A DNA stretch of 64,000 nt from a phage: the sequence record PZ445440.1; one strand, given 5' to 3'. Below the pieces are notes generated by a model that was not told the origin of the DNA, did not search any database, and saw nothing but the letters and a program-made list of their open reading frames with translations. The translations under genes were made by a program, and so were the position numbers. Of this stretch, positions 1 through 12,940 are shown in pieces. Positions within the stretch are counted from its first letter, which is position 1. Every line of letters begins with the position of its first letter.

Positions 1-1836
<1,836 letters not shown>

Positions 1837-1866
1837 ATAAAATAAAGCAAATTAAGAGGAATTAAA

Positions 1867-3849
1867 ATGGCACTTCTCTCTCCGGGCGTTGAGCTCAAAG
1901 AAACTACTGTACAGAGTACGGTAGTTAATAACTCCACTGGTACTGCTGCCCTGGCTGGAAAATTCCAATGGGGACCGGCATTTCAGATTAAACAAATCAC
2001 CGACGAAGTTGCGTTGGTTGATATGTTTGGTACTCCTAACACAGACACCGCAGATTATTTCATGTCTGCTATGAACTTCCTTCAATATGGTAATGACCTT
2101 CGTGTTGTACGCGCTGTTGATCGTGATACTGCTAAGAACTCATCTCCTGTGGCAGGAAACATTAATTTTACTATTTCTTCGGCTGGCACCAACTACAGAG
2201 TCGGTGATAAAGTTGTAGTTAAATATTCTACAGATATTATCGAACCGGACGGTGAAGTTACTTCAGTCGATTCTGACGGTAAAATTTTGAATATCTTTAT
2301 TCCTTCAGGTAAAATTATCGCTAAAGCGAAAGAAATCGGCGAATATCCTGAATTAGGTTCAAACTGGACTGCCGAAATGTCTGGGTCTTCTTCTGGCCTG
2401 TCTGCAGTAATTACTATTGATTCTGTTGTAATGGATTCTGGTATTCTGTTGACTGAAGTTGAAACTTCAGAAGAAGCTATTACTTCTCTAACTTTCCAAG
2501 AATCTATTAAAAAATATGGCGTCCCAGGCGTAGTTGCTCTTTATCCTGGCGAACTTGGCGACCAGCTCGAAATTGAAATCGTATCTAAAGCAGACTATGA
2601 CAAAGGTGCTTCGGCCCAGTTAAAAATTTATCCTGATGGTGGTACTCGTGCATCTACTGCTAAAGCAATCTTTGGGTATGGCCCACAGACTGATGACCAA
2701 TATGCAATTATCGTTCGTCGCAACGACGCGGTAGTCCAGAGCGTAGTTCTTTCTACTAAACGTGGTGAACGCGATATTTATGGTAGCAATATCTTCATTG
2801 ATGATTTCTTTGCTAAAGGCGCAAGCAATTATATTTTCGCTACGGCACAAGGTTGGCCAAAAGGTTTCTCTGGCGTAATCAAACTGAATGGTGGCTTATC
2901 ATCTAATGAAACGGTTGAAGCCGGTGATTTAATGGAAGCTTGGGATTTGTTTGCTGACCGTGAATCGGTTAATGCACAGTTGTTTATTGCTGGTTCTTGT
3001 GCTGGTGAATCTTTAGAAGTTGCTTCTACAGTTCAGAAACATGTTGTAGCAATTGGTGATTCTCGTCAAGATTGCTTGGTTCTTTGCTCACCGCCACGTG
3101 CAACTATAGTCGGTATTCCTGTTAATCGTGCAGTTGATAATCTGGTTGATTGGCGTACAGCGTCAGGAACTTACACTGATAATAACTTTAATATAAGTTC
3201 TACTTATGCTGCTATTGATGGTAACTATAAATATCAATATGACAAATATAACGATGTGAATCGTTGGGTTCCATTAGCTGCTGATATCGCCGGTCTTTGT
3301 GCTCGAACAGACAATATTTCTCAGCCTTGGATGTCTCCAGCCGGTTATAACCGCGGACAAATTCTTAACGTTATTAAGCTTGCAATTGAAACTCGTCAAG
3401 CACAACGAGATCGTTTGTATCAGGAAGCTATTAACCCTGTTACTGGTACCGGTGGTGATGGATATGTTCTGTACGGTGATAAAACTGCCACTTCTGTTCC
3501 TTCGCCATTTGACCGTATTAACGTACGTCGTTTGTTTAACATGGTTAAAACGAACATTGGTTCAGCATCCAAATATCGCCTATTTGAATTGAACAACGCG
3601 TTTACCCGTTCTTCTTTCCGTACAGAGACTTCTCAATATCTACAGGGTATTAAAGCTCTTGGTGGTGTATATAACTTTAAAGTTGTTTGTGATACTACCA
3701 ATAACACCCCAGCAGTTATCGACCGTAATGAATTTGTAGCTACTTTCTACTTACAACCTGCCCGCTCGATAAATTATATTACGTTGAACTTTGTAGCAAC
3801 AGCAACTGGCGCTGATTTCGACGAACTGATTGGTGCTGTAGGTGGCTAA
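1867..3849 (+). CDS. 18: Contractile tail sheath protein gp18
   Basis: 660 aa, length and position as T4 gp18; SD AAGAGGA upstream. Confidence 0.95.
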   Translation: MALLSPGVELKETTVQSTVVNNSTGTAALAGKFQWGPAFQIKQITDEVALVDMFGTPNTDTADYFMSAMNFLQYGNDLRVVRAVDRDTAKNSSPVAGNINFTISSAGTNYRVGDKVVVKYSTDIIEPDGEVTSVDSDGKILNIFIPSGKIIAKAKEIGEYPELGSNWTAEMSGSSSGLSAVITIDSVVMDSGILLTEVETSEEAITSLTFQESIKKYGVPGVVALYPGELGDQLEIEIVSKADYDKGASAQLKIYPDGGTRASTAKAIFGYGPQTDDQYAIIVRRNDAVVQSVVLSTKRGERDIYGSNIFIDDFFAKGASNYIFATAQGWPKGFSGVIKLNGGLSSNETVEAGDLMEAWDLFADRESVNAQLFIAGSCAGESLEVASTVQKHVVAIGDSRQDCLVLCSPPRATIVGIPVNRAVDNLVDWRTASGTYTDNNFNISSTYAAIDGNYKYQYDKYNDVNRWVPLAADIAGLCARTDNISQPWMSPAGYNRGQILNVIKLAIETRQAQRDRLYQEAINPVTGTGGDGYVLYGDKTATSVPSPFDRINVRRLFNMVKTNIGSASKYRLFELNNAFTRSSFRTETSQYLQGIKALGGVYNFKVVCDTTNNTPAVIDRNEFVATFYLQPARSINYITLNFVATATGADFDELIGAVGG

Positions 3850-3961
3850 TAAGACGCCTGATGGGCTATTTCGGTAGCCCATATAAATATAACTATATCG
3901 TTTAAAATTAATTCTATGGGCATCTGGTTAATCCTAAGCCCATATTACTACAGAGGCTAAT

Positions 3962-4453
3962 ATGTTTGTAGATGACGTAACTCGTGCCTTCGAATCAGGT
4001 GATTTCGCTCGCCCTAACCTGTTCGAAGTAGAAATCTCTTATCTTGGGCAAAACTTTAGCTTCCAGTGTCGTGCTACGGCTCTTCCTGCTGCGATCGTTG
4101 AAAAGGTTCCTGTTTCTTATATGAACCGTAAAATTAACGTGGCTGGTGATCGTACATTCGATGATTGGACTATTACAGTAATGAACGATGATGCTCATAG
4201 CATTCGTCAGAAATTTGTTGATTGGCAAGGTATTGCAGCAGGACAAGGTAATGAAATTACCGGTGGTAAACCTGCTGAATATAAAAAGACTGCTATCGTT
4301 CGTCAATTTGCTCGTGATGCTAAAACGGTCACTAAAGAAGTTGAAATTGTCGGCTTGTGGCCTACTAACGTCGGTGAAGTATCTCTTGATTGGGATTCGA
4401 ATAACGAGATTGAAACGTTCGAAGTAACTCTTGCTCTTGATTGGTGGGAATAA
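3962..4453 (+). CDS. 19: Tail tube protein gp19
   Basis: 163 aa as in T4; late promoter TATAAATA at 3882-3889. Confidence 0.95.
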   Translation: MFVDDVTRAFESGDFARPNLFEVEISYLGQNFSFQCRATALPAAIVEKVPVSYMNRKINVAGDRTFDDWTITVMNDDAHSIRQKFVDWQGIAAGQGNEITGGKPAEYKKTAIVRQFARDAKTVTKEVEIVGLWPTNVGEVSLDWDSNNEIETFEVTLALDWWE

Positions 4454-4537
4454 TCTGGTTGGGGAGAAATCCCCAGCTTCCCGTGATGACGGAGAAGTCC
4501 ATATAAATATAACTATAATTCCCATTCGGAGAATACA

Positions 4538-6109
4538 ATGAAATTTAATATCTTAAGTTTGTTTGCTCCATGGGCAAAAATGGACGAACGTGATTACAAA
4601 GACCAAGAAAAAGAAAATTTAGAATCTATCACCACACCAAAATTAGACGACGGCGCTAAAGAATACGAAGTATCTGAAAATGAAGCACAGCAAACATATA
4701 ATGCTATGTTTCAGAGAATGTTCGGTAGCCAAGAACCAGGGCTCAAATCAACGCGTGAATTAATCGATACGTATCGAAATTTGATGACGAACTATGAAGT
4801 GGATAATGCAGTCTCTGAAATAGTTTCCGATGCTATCGTATATGAAGATGATACAGAAGTCGTTTCTATAAATTTAGACAACACAAAATTTAGTCCAAAT
4901 ATCAAATCAATGATGTCGGATGAATTTAACGAAGTGTTAAATCATTTATCTTTCCAACGTAAAGGTTCAGATCATTTTAGACGTTGGTATGTGGATTCTC
5001 GAATTTTCTTCCATAAAATTATTGACCCTAAACGCCCTAAAGAAGGTATTAAAGAGCTTCGTCGTTTAGACCCACGTCAAGTTCAATATGTCCGTGAAGT
5101 TATTACAACCACTGAAGCCGGTGTTAAAATAGTCAAGGGTTATAAAGAATATTTCATTTATGACACATCACACGAATCTTATGCTTGTGATGGTCGCATA
5201 TATGAAGCTGGCACAAAAATAAAAATCCCTAAAGCCGCAATTGTTTATGCCCATTCTGGTTTAGTTGATTGTTGTGGTAAAAATATCATTGGTTATTTGC
5301 ATCGGGCTATTAAGCCGGCGAACCAATTAAAACTTCTTGAAGATGCCGTCGTAATTTATCGTATTACTCGTGCTCCTGATCGTCGTGTATGGTACGTTGA
5401 TACAGGTAATATGCCTTCAAGAAAAGCAGCAGAACATATGCAACATGTTATGAATACGATGAAAAACCGTATTGCATATGATGCTACTACAGGCAAGATT
5501 AAAAACCAGCAGCATATTATGTCGATGACCGAAGATTATTGGTTACAACGACGTGATGGTAAAGCAGTAACAGAAGTTGATACATTACCGGGTGCAGATA
5601 ATACTGGAAATATGGAAGATGTACGTTGGTTCCGTAATGCGCTTTATATGGCTTTACGTATTCCTATTACCCGTATTCCAAGTGACCAAGGTGGTATACA
5701 GTTTGATGCTGGTACTTCTATTACACGAGATGAATTGTCGTTTGGTAAATTTATTCGTGAGCTGCAACATAAATTTGAAGAGATATTCCTAGACCCGCTT
5801 AAAACTAATTTAATTCTTAAAGGAATTATTACAGAAGACGAGTGGAATGATGAAATAAATAATATTAAGATAAAATTTCATCGGGATAGTTATTTCTCGG
5901 AATTAAAGGATGCTGAGATTCTGGAGCGTCGTATTAATATGCTTCAGATGGCCGAACCATTTATTGGTAAATATATTTCTCACAGAACAGCTATGAAAGA
6001 TATTCTTCAGATGTCTGATGAGGAAATTGAACAAGAGGCTAAGCAAATTGAAGAAGAGTCGAAAGAGGCTCGTTTCCAAGACCCCGACCAAGAACAAGAG
6101 GATTTTTAA
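4538..6109 (+). CDS. 20: Portal vertex protein gp20
   Basis: 523 aa; strong similarity to recalled T4 gp20; late promoter at 4502-4509. Confidence 0.95.
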   Translation: MKFNILSLFAPWAKMDERDYKDQEKENLESITTPKLDDGAKEYEVSENEAQQTYNAMFQRMFGSQEPGLKSTRELIDTYRNLMTNYEVDNAVSEIVSDAIVYEDDTEVVSINLDNTKFSPNIKSMMSDEFNEVLNHLSFQRKGSDHFRRWYVDSRIFFHKIIDPKRPKEGIKELRRLDPRQVQYVREVITTTEAGVKIVKGYKEYFIYDTSHESYACDGRIYEAGTKIKIPKAAIVYAHSGLVDCCGKNIIGYLHRAIKPANQLKLLEDAVVIYRITRAPDRRVWYVDTGNMPSRKAAEHMQHVMNTMKNRIAYDATTGKIKNQQHIMSMTEDYWLQRRDGKAVTEVDTLPGADNTGNMEDVRWFRNALYMALRIPITRIPSDQGGIQFDAGTSITRDELSFGKFIRELQHKFEEIFLDPLKTNLILKGIITEDEWNDEINNIKIKFHRDSYFSELKDAEILERRINMLQMAEPFIGKYISHRTAMKDILQMSDEEIEQEAKQIEEESKEARFQDPDQEQEDF

Positions 6110-6345
6110 TGGACGATTTAATTCAAGCTATTAAATCAAACGACCTCGTTGCTACTCGAAAGTTTTTTGAAAGTGCAATGGCAGAAAAAACGGTTCGTTT
6201 GATTGAAGCACGCAAAGCAGAAATCGCTTCTCAATTTTTGATTGAAGGCGAAGAACCTGAAGAAGAAAAGAAAGCTAAAGCTTCGGAAGACGACGCTGAT
6301 GAAGGCGATGACGACGAAGACGAAGATGATGAGGACGATGAATAA
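6109..6345 (+). CDS. 67: Prohead core protein gp67 (acidic C-terminal D/E tail)
   Basis: 78 aa, poly-D/E C-terminus, position between 20 and 68. Confidence 0.8.
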   Translation: MDDLIQAIKSNDLVATRKFFESAMAEKTVRLIEARKAEIASQFLIEGEEPEEEKKAKASEDDADEGDDDEDEDDEDDE

Positions 6346-6770
6346 TGTATCTTATCCCTGAATCTTATGAATTGGTACTCGAAAATGTCGAAGCACTTAT
6401 TCCTGAAGCACAGGGCCGAATCGATGCATTGTCTTCTGCTCTCGATATTGACGATATAAATACTATTATCGAGAACATGCTTGAAACTGAAACGGATTTA
6501 GCTGTTGCAATGGCTTCCATTATTAATGAAGAACAGTTAAATGAGTTTATCGTTAAACATGTTTCTTCTCGTGGTGAAGTCACCCGCACTAAAGACCGTA
6601 AAACTCGTGAACGTAACGCGTTCCAAACCACTGGTCTTTCTAAAGCAAAACGTAGACAAATCGCTCGTAAGGTCGTTAAAGCTAAAAAAGCTAACCCTTC
6701 AGGCCAAGTTAAAGGCTTGCGTAAGCGTAAAAAGGCTCTTAAACGTCGTAAAGCATTAGGATTAAGCTAA
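6345..6770 (+). CDS. 68: Prohead core protein gp68
   Basis: 141 aa, basic C-terminus, syntenic with T4 gene 68. Confidence 0.8.
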   Translation: MYLIPESYELVLENVEALIPEAQGRIDALSSALDIDDINTIIENMLETETDLAVAMASIINEEQLNEFIVKHVSSRGEVTRTKDRKTRERNAFQTTGLSKAKRRQIARKVVKAKKANPSGQVKGLRKRKKALKRRKALGLS

Positions 6771-7411
6771 TGAATAAACCCGAGTTACTTATTGAAACTT
6801 GGGGTCAACCCGGTGAGATTATTGATGGCGTTCCAATGTTGGAATCTCATGATGGAAAAGATTCTGGCTTAAAACCAGGGCTTTATATAGAAGGTATTTT
6901 TCTTCAGGCAGAGGTTGTTAACCGAAATAAACGTTTATATCCTAAACGCGTTTTGGAAAAAGCAGTAAGTGACTATATTAAAGAACAAGTCGCAACCAAA
7001 CAAGCCCTTGGAGAATTAAACCATCCACCTCGCGCAAATGTTGACCCTATGCAAGCCGCTATCATTATTGAAGATATGTGGTGGAAAGGAAACGATGTAT
7101 ATGGACGCGCTAGAATTATTGAAGGCGACCATGGTCCCGGCGATAAATTAGCTGCTAATATACGAGCTGGTTGGATTCCAGGTGTTTCCTCTCGTGGTCT
7201 TGGTTCTTTAACCGACACCAATAAAGGGTACCGTATCGTGAACGAAGGATTTAAATTAACCGTCGGTGTAGATGCCGTATGGGGACCTTCTGCTCCAGAT
7301 GCTTGGGTTACTCCTAAACAAATATCAGAATCAGAAAATTCGGTGGAAACCACCAAAAACAGTGCTGATGAAGCATTTAAAGCTCTCGCAGAGAGTTTAA
7401 AAGCATTATAA
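6770..7411 (+). CDS. 21: Prohead core protease gp21
   Basis: 213 aa, syntenic; start overlaps stop of 68. Confidence 0.9.
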   Translation: MNKPELLIETWGQPGEIIDGVPMLESHDGKDSGLKPGLYIEGIFLQAEVVNRNKRLYPKRVLEKAVSDYIKEQVATKQALGELNHPPRANVDPMQAAIIIEDMWWKGNDVYGRARIIEGDHGPGDKLAANIRAGWIPGVSSRGLGSLTDTNKGYRIVNEGFKLTVGVDAVWGPSAPDAWVTPKQISESENSVETTKNSADEAFKALAESLKAL

Positions 7412-7444
7412 ATAATAATGTAATCTAAACCACAGGACACTAAA

Positions 7445-8257
7445 ATGATCAAAGAACAACTTTTGAAAGAAGCTCAGAACATCGAGACTTCAGTTGCTCT
7501 TAATAGTGTTTTCGAATCAGTAGAACTGTCTCCGGACGTTAAAGCTAATTTCAGCACTGTATTCGAAGCCACCGTTAAGCAGGAAGCAGTCAAACTGGCT
7601 GAATCTCATATCAAAGCCATCGCCGAAAAGGCTGAAGAAGAAGTTGAAAAGGCCAAAGAAGATGCTGAAGAGAAAGCTGATAAAAAATTGGCTGAACAAG
7701 CTTCTAAATTCCTAGACCATCTTGCAAAAGAATGGCTCGCAGAAAACCAAATCGCAGTTGATAAAGGCATTAAAGCTGATTTGTTCGAATCCATGCTTGG
7801 TGGTCTGAAAGAACTGTTTGTTGAACATAACGTTGTTGTTCCAGAAGAATCTGTAGATGTTGTAGCAGAAATGGAAGAAGAGCTGGCCGAACATAAAGAA
7901 GAAACCGCTCGTTTGTTCGAAGAAGTTACCAAACGTGATGCATATATCAATTACGTTCAGCGTGAAACCGCTATTAATGAAAGCGTAAAAGACCTGACTG
8001 AATCTCAGAAAGAAAAAGTTATTGGCCTGGTTGAAGGTATGGATTATTCTGACGCATTTGGTACTAAGTTAACTGCTATTGTAGAAATGGTTAAAGGTTC
8101 TACTAAAGAAGAAGCCGCTATTACCGAAAGTATAAATACAGTTGACAATGACGCTGCCGGTCTTAATTTTGTTGCCGAAGCAGTTGACACTACCACAACT
8201 CAGGTAGAACAGAATTCTAATGTAAGTTTATATGCGAAAGTCGCATCTCGTTTCTAA
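7445..8257 (+). CDS. 22: Prohead scaffold protein gp22
   Basis: 270 aa, E/K-rich coiled-coil character; late promoter at 7407-7414. Confidence 0.9.
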   Translation: MIKEQLLKEAQNIETSVALNSVFESVELSPDVKANFSTVFEATVKQEAVKLAESHIKAIAEKAEEEVEKAKEDAEEKADKKLAEQASKFLDHLAKEWLAENQIAVDKGIKADLFESMLGGLKELFVEHNVVVPEESVDVVAEMEEELAEHKEETARLFEEVTKRDAYINYVQRETAINESVKDLTESQKEKVIGLVEGMDYSDAFGTKLTAIVEMVKGSTKEEAAITESINTVDNDAAGLNFVAEAVDTTTTQVEQNSNVSLYAKVASRF

Positions 8258-8274
8258 TTTAAAGGTTAACACAA

Positions 8275-9831
8275 ATGACTACTATCAAAACTAAAGCTCA
8301 GCTCGTAGACAAATGGAAAGAACTGCTGGAAGGTGAAGGCCTGCCGGAAATCGCTAATAGCAAGCAGGCTATTATCGCTAAAATCTTCGAAAACCAGGAA
8401 AAAGATTTCGAAGTATCCCCTGAATATAAAGACGAGAAAATCGCTCAGGCATTTGGTTCTTTCTTGACCGAAGCTGAAATTGGTGGTGACCACGGTTATA
8501 ATGCTCAGAACATCGCAGCAGGTCAAACCTCTGGTGCAGTAACCCAGATTGGGCCAGCAGTTATGGGTATGGTTCGTCGTGCTATTCCTAATCTGATCGC
8601 TTTTGATATTTGTGGTGTTCAGCCTATGAACAGCCCAACCGGTCAGGTATTTGCTCTCCGTGCAGTATATGGTAAAGACCCTATCGCTGCTGGCGCTAAA
8701 GAAGCTTTCCATCCGATGTATGCCCCAGACGCGATGTTCTCTGGTCAGGGTGCTGCTAAGAAATTCCCAGCTCTGGCTGCTGACACTACTACTGTTGTAG
8801 GTGATATCTATACTCACTTCTTCCAGGAAACTGGTACTGTATATCTGCAAGCTTCTGCCGTCGTAACACTTGATTCTAGTGCTAAATTAGATGCAGAAGT
8901 TAAGAAACAAATGGAAGCTGGTGCACTGGTAGAAATCGCTGAAGGTATGGCTACTTCTATCGCTGAACTCCAGGAAGGTTTCAACGGTTCTACCGATAAC
9001 CCATGGAATGAAATGGGCTTCCGTATCGACAAACAAGTTATTGAAGCTAAATCTCGTCAGCTGAAAGCAGCTTACTCCATCGAATTGGCACAAGACCTCC
9101 GTGCAGTACACGGTATGGATGCTGATGCTGAACTGAGCGGTATTCTGGCTACAGAAATTATGCTAGAAATCAACCGTGAAGTTGTTGATTGGATTAACTA
9201 CTCTGCACAGGTTGGTAAATCTGGTATGACCCTGACTCCGGGTTCTAAAGCTGGTGTATTTGACTTCCAGGACCCGATTGATATCCGTGGTGCTCGTTGG
9301 GCCGGTGAAAGCTTTAAATCTCTGTTGTTCCAGATTGATAAAGAAGCAGTTGAAATTGCTCGTCAAACCGGTCGTGGTGAAGGTAACTTCATTATCGCTT
9401 CCCGTAACGTAGTTAACGTACTGGCTTCAGTTGATACTGGTATTTCTTACGCTGCACAGGGTCTGGCTTCTGGTTTTAATACCGACACTACTAAGTCCGT
9501 ATTTGCCGGTGTACTCGGTGGTAAATACCGCGTATACATCGACCAGTATGCTAAACAGGATTACTTCACCGTTGGTTACAAAGGCGCTAACGAAATGGAT
9601 GCAGGTATTTACTATGCTCCTTACGTTGCACTCACCCCACTGCGTGGTTCCGATCCTAAGAACTTCCAGCCGGTAATGGGCTTTAAAACTCGTTACGGTA
9701 TCGGTGTTAACCCGTTTGCTGAAAGTTCCCTGCAGGCTCCAGGTGCTCGCATCCAGTCCGGTATGCCGTCTATCCTGAACAGCCTTGGTAAGAATGCTTA
9801 CTTCCGCCGTGTATATGTAAAAGGCATCTAA
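8275..9831 (+). CDS. 23: Major capsid protein gp23
   Basis: 518 aa; T4 gp23-like; followed by strong UUCG hairpin terminator. Confidence 0.95.
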   Translation: MTTIKTKAQLVDKWKELLEGEGLPEIANSKQAIIAKIFENQEKDFEVSPEYKDEKIAQAFGSFLTEAEIGGDHGYNAQNIAAGQTSGAVTQIGPAVMGMVRRAIPNLIAFDICGVQPMNSPTGQVFALRAVYGKDPIAAGAKEAFHPMYAPDAMFSGQGAAKKFPALAADTTTVVGDIYTHFFQETGTVYLQASAVVTLDSSAKLDAEVKKQMEAGALVEIAEGMATSIAELQEGFNGSTDNPWNEMGFRIDKQVIEAKSRQLKAAYSIELAQDLRAVHGMDADAELSGILATEIMLEINREVVDWINYSAQVGKSGMTLTPGSKAGVFDFQDPIDIRGARWAGESFKSLLFQIDKEAVEIARQTGRGEGNFIIASRNVVNVLASVDTGISYAAQGLASGFNTDTTKSVFAGVLGGKYRVYIDQYAKQDYFTVGYKGANEMDAGIYYAPYVALTPLRGSDPKNFQPVMGFKTRYGIGVNPFAESSLQAPGARIQSGMPSILNSLGKNAYFRRVYVKGI

Positions 9832-9855
9832 TCTTAATTGATTAAATCTTATTTT

Positions 9856-9873
9856 GGGAGACTTCGGTCTCCC
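9856..9873 (+). terminator. Stem-loop GGGAGACUUCGGUCUCCC followed by U-run (gene 23 terminator)
   Basis: perfect 7-bp GC-rich stem with UUCG tetraloop, then ATTTTTGG. Confidence 0.7.
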
Positions 9874-9883
9874 ATTTTTGGTT

Positions 9884-10153
9884 TTATTTCTGTGCAATTT
9901 CGATGTAAGTTTTCAAAATATTTTGCCAATTAGGCATACCTTCTTGGACATATGCCGGAGAACCGTCTTTGTTTTTGAATGATGCAAGTTTATCAGTGGC
10001 CCAATAACCTTTAGCTCGAGCTTCAGAATCAACTTTCATCCATACTTTGTTGAAGGCATTACCATTAACTTTTGCACCATATTTTTCTACTAACTTAACT
10101 GCTTCAGCTTCCAGAACTTTTAAAGTATCTCGTAAGAAACGTGCTTTAGTCAT
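9884..10153 (-). CDS. Hypothetical early protein, 89 aa (at the locus between 23 and 24)
   Basis: ORF on opposite strand to flanking late genes; T4-type early promoter at 10184-10213. Confidence 0.6.
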   Translation of the reverse strand: MTKARFLRDTLKVLEAEAVKLVEKYGAKVNGNAFNKVWMKVDSEARAKGYWATDKLASFKNKDGSPAYVQEGMPNWQNILKTYIEIAQK

Positions 10154-10183
10154 TTTGTTTACTCCTCTGTAGTTGATAAGTCT

Positions 10184-10213
10184 ATAGTATCACATACCAA
10201 ATACGTTGTAAAC
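10184..10213 (-). promoter_or_regulatory. T4-type early (sigma70) promoter: GTTTAC -35, 17-18 nt spacer, TGnTACTAT -10
   Basis: reverse complement reads GTTTACAACGTATTTGGTATGTGATACTAT. Confidence 0.6.
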
Positions 10214-10219
10214 AATCTT

Positions 10220-10227
10220 TATAAATA
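10220..10227 (+). promoter_or_regulatory. Late promoter TATAAATA for gene 24
   Basis: exact TATAAATA about 28 nt upstream of the gene 24 start. Confidence 0.7.
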
Positions 10228-10254
10228 ATCTATATCACATAAGGAAAAAATGCA

Positions 10255-11538
10255 ATGAGTAAAATCCAAAAATTATTGCGTGAATCTACAACGTCTACTA
10301 GCAACTCAATTGGTCGCCCAAATCTCGTTGCTTTGACTCGCGCTACGACTAAATTAATATATTCTGACATTGTAGCAACACAAAGAACTAATCAACCTGT
10401 TGCTGCTTTTTATGGTATCAAATATCTTAACCCAGATAACGAATTCACATTTAAAACCGGTGCTACTTATGCAGGCGAAGTTGGATATGTAGACCGAGAA
10501 AAAATTACTGAGCTCACAGAAGAATCAAAAGTCACACTAAATAAAGGTGATTTTTTCAAATATAATAATATCGTCTATAAAGTGTTAGAAGATACACCAT
10601 TTGCAGATATTCAAGAAAGTGATCTAGAATTAGCTCTTCAGATTGCAGTCGTTCATTTAAAGGTACGGTTATTTTCAGATGCAGCGGTAACAAGCAAATT
10701 TGAAAGCTCTGATAGCGAAATTTCTGATGCAAGATTCCAGATTAATAAATGGCAAACTTCAGTCAAATCTCGTAAACTTAAAACTGGCCTCACGGTCGAA
10801 TTAGCGCAAGATTTGGAAGCGAATGGATTTGATGCCCCTAACTTCTTAGAAGATTTGCTTGCTACTGAAATGGCAGATGAAATTAATAAAGATATTCTTC
10901 AGTCTTTAATTACTGTATCGAAACGTTATAAAGTTACTGGAATTACTGACACCGGATTTATTGACTTGAGTTATGCATCAGCTCCAGAAGCAGGTCGTTC
11001 ATTATATCGAATGGTGTGTGAAATGGTATCACACATTCAAAAAGAGACAACTTATACTGCAACGTTTTGTGTAGCCTCAGCTCGTGCAGCTGCTATTCTT
11101 GCTGCTTCTGGTTGGTTAAAACATAAGCCAGAAGATGACAAGTATCTTTCACAAAATGCTTATGGATTCTTGGCAAATGGATTACCTCTTTACTGCGATA
11201 CCAACAGTCCGTTAGATTATGTTATTGTGGGTGTTGTAGAAAATATCGGCGAAAAAGAAATTGTAGGGTCCATCTTTTATGCTCCATACACTGAAGGAGT
11301 AGATTTAGATGACCCGGAACATGTTGGTGCTTTTAAAGTTGTAGTTGATCCAGAAAGCTTGCAACCGTCTATTGGATTATTGGTTAGATATGCTTTATCG
11401 GCAAATCCTTACACGGTAGCAAAAGATGAAAAAGAAGCGAGAGTAATTGATGGCGGGGACATGGATAAAATGGCAGGACGTTCAGACTTGTCTGTTTTAC
11501 TCGGTGTTAAATTGCCTAAAATTATTATAGATGAATAA
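10255..11538 (+). CDS. 24: Capsid vertex protein gp24
   Basis: 427 aa, same length as T4 gp24; gp23 paralog. Confidence 0.9.
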   Translation: MSKIQKLLRESTTSTSNSIGRPNLVALTRATTKLIYSDIVATQRTNQPVAAFYGIKYLNPDNEFTFKTGATYAGEVGYVDREKITELTEESKVTLNKGDFFKYNNIVYKVLEDTPFADIQESDLELALQIAVVHLKVRLFSDAAVTSKFESSDSEISDARFQINKWQTSVKSRKLKTGLTVELAQDLEANGFDAPNFLEDLLATEMADEINKDILQSLITVSKRYKVTGITDTGFIDLSYASAPEAGRSLYRMVCEMVSHIQKETTYTATFCVASARAAAILAASGWLKHKPEDDKYLSQNAYGFLANGLPLYCDTNSPLDYVIVGVVENIGEKEIVGSIFYAPYTEGVDLDDPEHVGAFKVVVDPESLQPSIGLLVRYALSANPYTVAKDEKEARVIDGGDMDKMAGRSDLSVLLGVKLPKIIIDE

Positions 11539-11546
11539 ACGAAAAA

Positions 11547-11562
11547 GGGACCGTAAGGTCCC
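11547..11562. terminator. Bidirectional terminator hairpin GGGACCGUAAGGUCCC flanked by A-run and T-run
   Basis: sits between convergent gene 24 (+) and rnlB (-). Confidence 0.65.
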
Positions 11563-11570
11563 TTTTTTTG

Positions 11571-12569
11571 TTATGATACTAATTCAATCCATGCAGGACG
11601 CAGAACATCTTGCACCATTCGGACTAATTCTTTCTTAACAAGATTCGGATTATCGGATGATGTTAATACAATACCTTCACGAGAAGTTTCTTCCAGAATA
11701 TCTTGAACGGTCAATCCCATCACTTTGCCGAAATCTTTTGGCGTTACAGTCCCAATCTTAGAAATCACATTATTAACACGATTTAATGTAACATAACAAG
11801 CTAGAACATCAAGCAAGTTTTTGTCAATTTCGGTTAATGGAACCTGAGTTTTAATAGGCTTATCAGACTTTTTCTTTTCACTGAATTTAGAGTTCTTGCA
11901 CTTAATAGCTACACGAGTACCGTTTGGCAGCCATTTAGGGAAACAAGGCTTCAGAACATAACCTTCTGCCGTATTATCGCCAATAACATTAGCGTCAAAT
12001 ACACAATTATTTGCTTCTACAAGGTCTTCTGACGCAGTAGCATTATAAGCGGCTAAGACAGAATCAAGGTCATTTGGAATCATGATAAGAGCATCAAATG
12101 TGCCACGTCCAAGCATTGGTGCCATTTTAAAACCGAATTCATTACAGAAATCTTGCATTTCATAATCGGTCAAATACGTATTATCACCACTTTCTGTATT
12201 GATAAGGATATCGAACACATAAAAATCTTTTTCACCGTAGTCAACACCTTTCTGGATTCCACCACCAGCGAATTCACCGAATACTTGATATGATACGGCT
12301 CGAGCTGTGTACATGAATTCCTGAACGGCTTTAATAGCTTTATCATACTTCTTGAGTACGATTTCATAACCATAAAAATCTTCTGCTGGAAGAATAGGGC
12401 CTGTGCGCTTGGCGCATGTGACGTTGTCACGTTCAATTATTAACGAGAAGTTGGTCCCATGGATTTTCTCACGTGCTACCCAAACGCCAGTAGTCAAACC
12501 ATTAGTGTAGAGTTTTTCAATAAACTTAGAGTTGTAGTGGTTTTCAAGACTGCTGTATTTCTTAAACAT
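11571..12569 (-). CDS. rnlB: RNA ligase 2 (Rnl2)
   Basis: 332 aa; N-terminus [21 protein letters not shown] and KIHGTN nucleotidyl-transferase motif match T4 Rnl2. Confidence 0.9.
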   Translation of the reverse strand: MFKKYSSLENHYNSKFIEKLYTNGLTTGVWVAREKIHGTNFSLIIERDNVTCAKRTGPILPAEDFYGYEIVLKKYDKAIKAVQEFMYTARAVSYQVFGEFAGGGIQKGVDYGEKDFYVFDILINTESGDNTYLTDYEMQDFCNEFGFKMAPMLGRGTFDALIMIPNDLDSVLAAYNATASEDLVEANNCVFDANVIGDNTAEGYVLKPCFPKWLPNGTRVAIKCKNSKFSEKKKSDKPIKTQVPLTEIDKNLLDVLACYVTLNRVNNVISKIGTVTPKDFGKVMGLTVQDILEETSREGIVLTSSDNPNLVKKELVRMVQDVLRPAWIELVS

Positions 12570-12660
12570 AAATCACCATTATAAATAATAATATCAAAAT
12601 AATTAGCAGAGACTCTGTCTCTGACCCGATGTTTAATTTGAATGGATAGAACCTAGATTC

Positions 12661-12686
12661 ATTATACCATCAAAAAATGTAAAGCA
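12661..12686 (-). promoter_or_regulatory. Middle promoter (MotA box TGCTTTACA about 12 nt upstream of TATAAT -10) for rnlB
   Basis: reverse complement reads ATGCTTTACATTTTTTGATGGTATAAT. Confidence 0.5.
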
Positions 12687-12688
12687 TA

Positions 12689-12940
12689 TTAGAACTTGAT
12701 TTCTATCCAATGACCATCACGCTGGTCGTGATTAATTTTATACTGAAAGCCATTATCACGTAACCACTGCCCGACTTGCTCAGTGATAGTTAAATCATTC
12801 TTTGATGGATAGTACGTGAATTGTGTCTGGCCTTTATCAGCGGCTTTCTCTGCCATCACAGAGAAGTTAGTAATAAAATCACTCAACAAATTAGCTTTAG
12901 TGGCCAGAGCCCTTTCTCTTAATTCCTGTGCAAAACTCAT
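12689..12940 (-). CDS. Hypothetical protein, 83 aa
   Basis: ORF in conserved position between hoc and rnlB; start overlaps stop of upstream ORF. Confidence 0.5.
   Translation of the reverse strand: MSFAQELRERALATKANLLSDFITNFSVMAEKAADKGQTQFTYYPSKNDLTITEQVGQWLRDNGFQYKINHDQRDGHWIEIKF

Noticed and set aside
3299-3592. Assorted short ORFs nested within large structural genes (for example 3299-3592, 7606-7950, 52344-52586, 57773-57964)
   Set aside because: Fully contained in alternative frames or antisense of well-supported genes; no promoter or RBS support.
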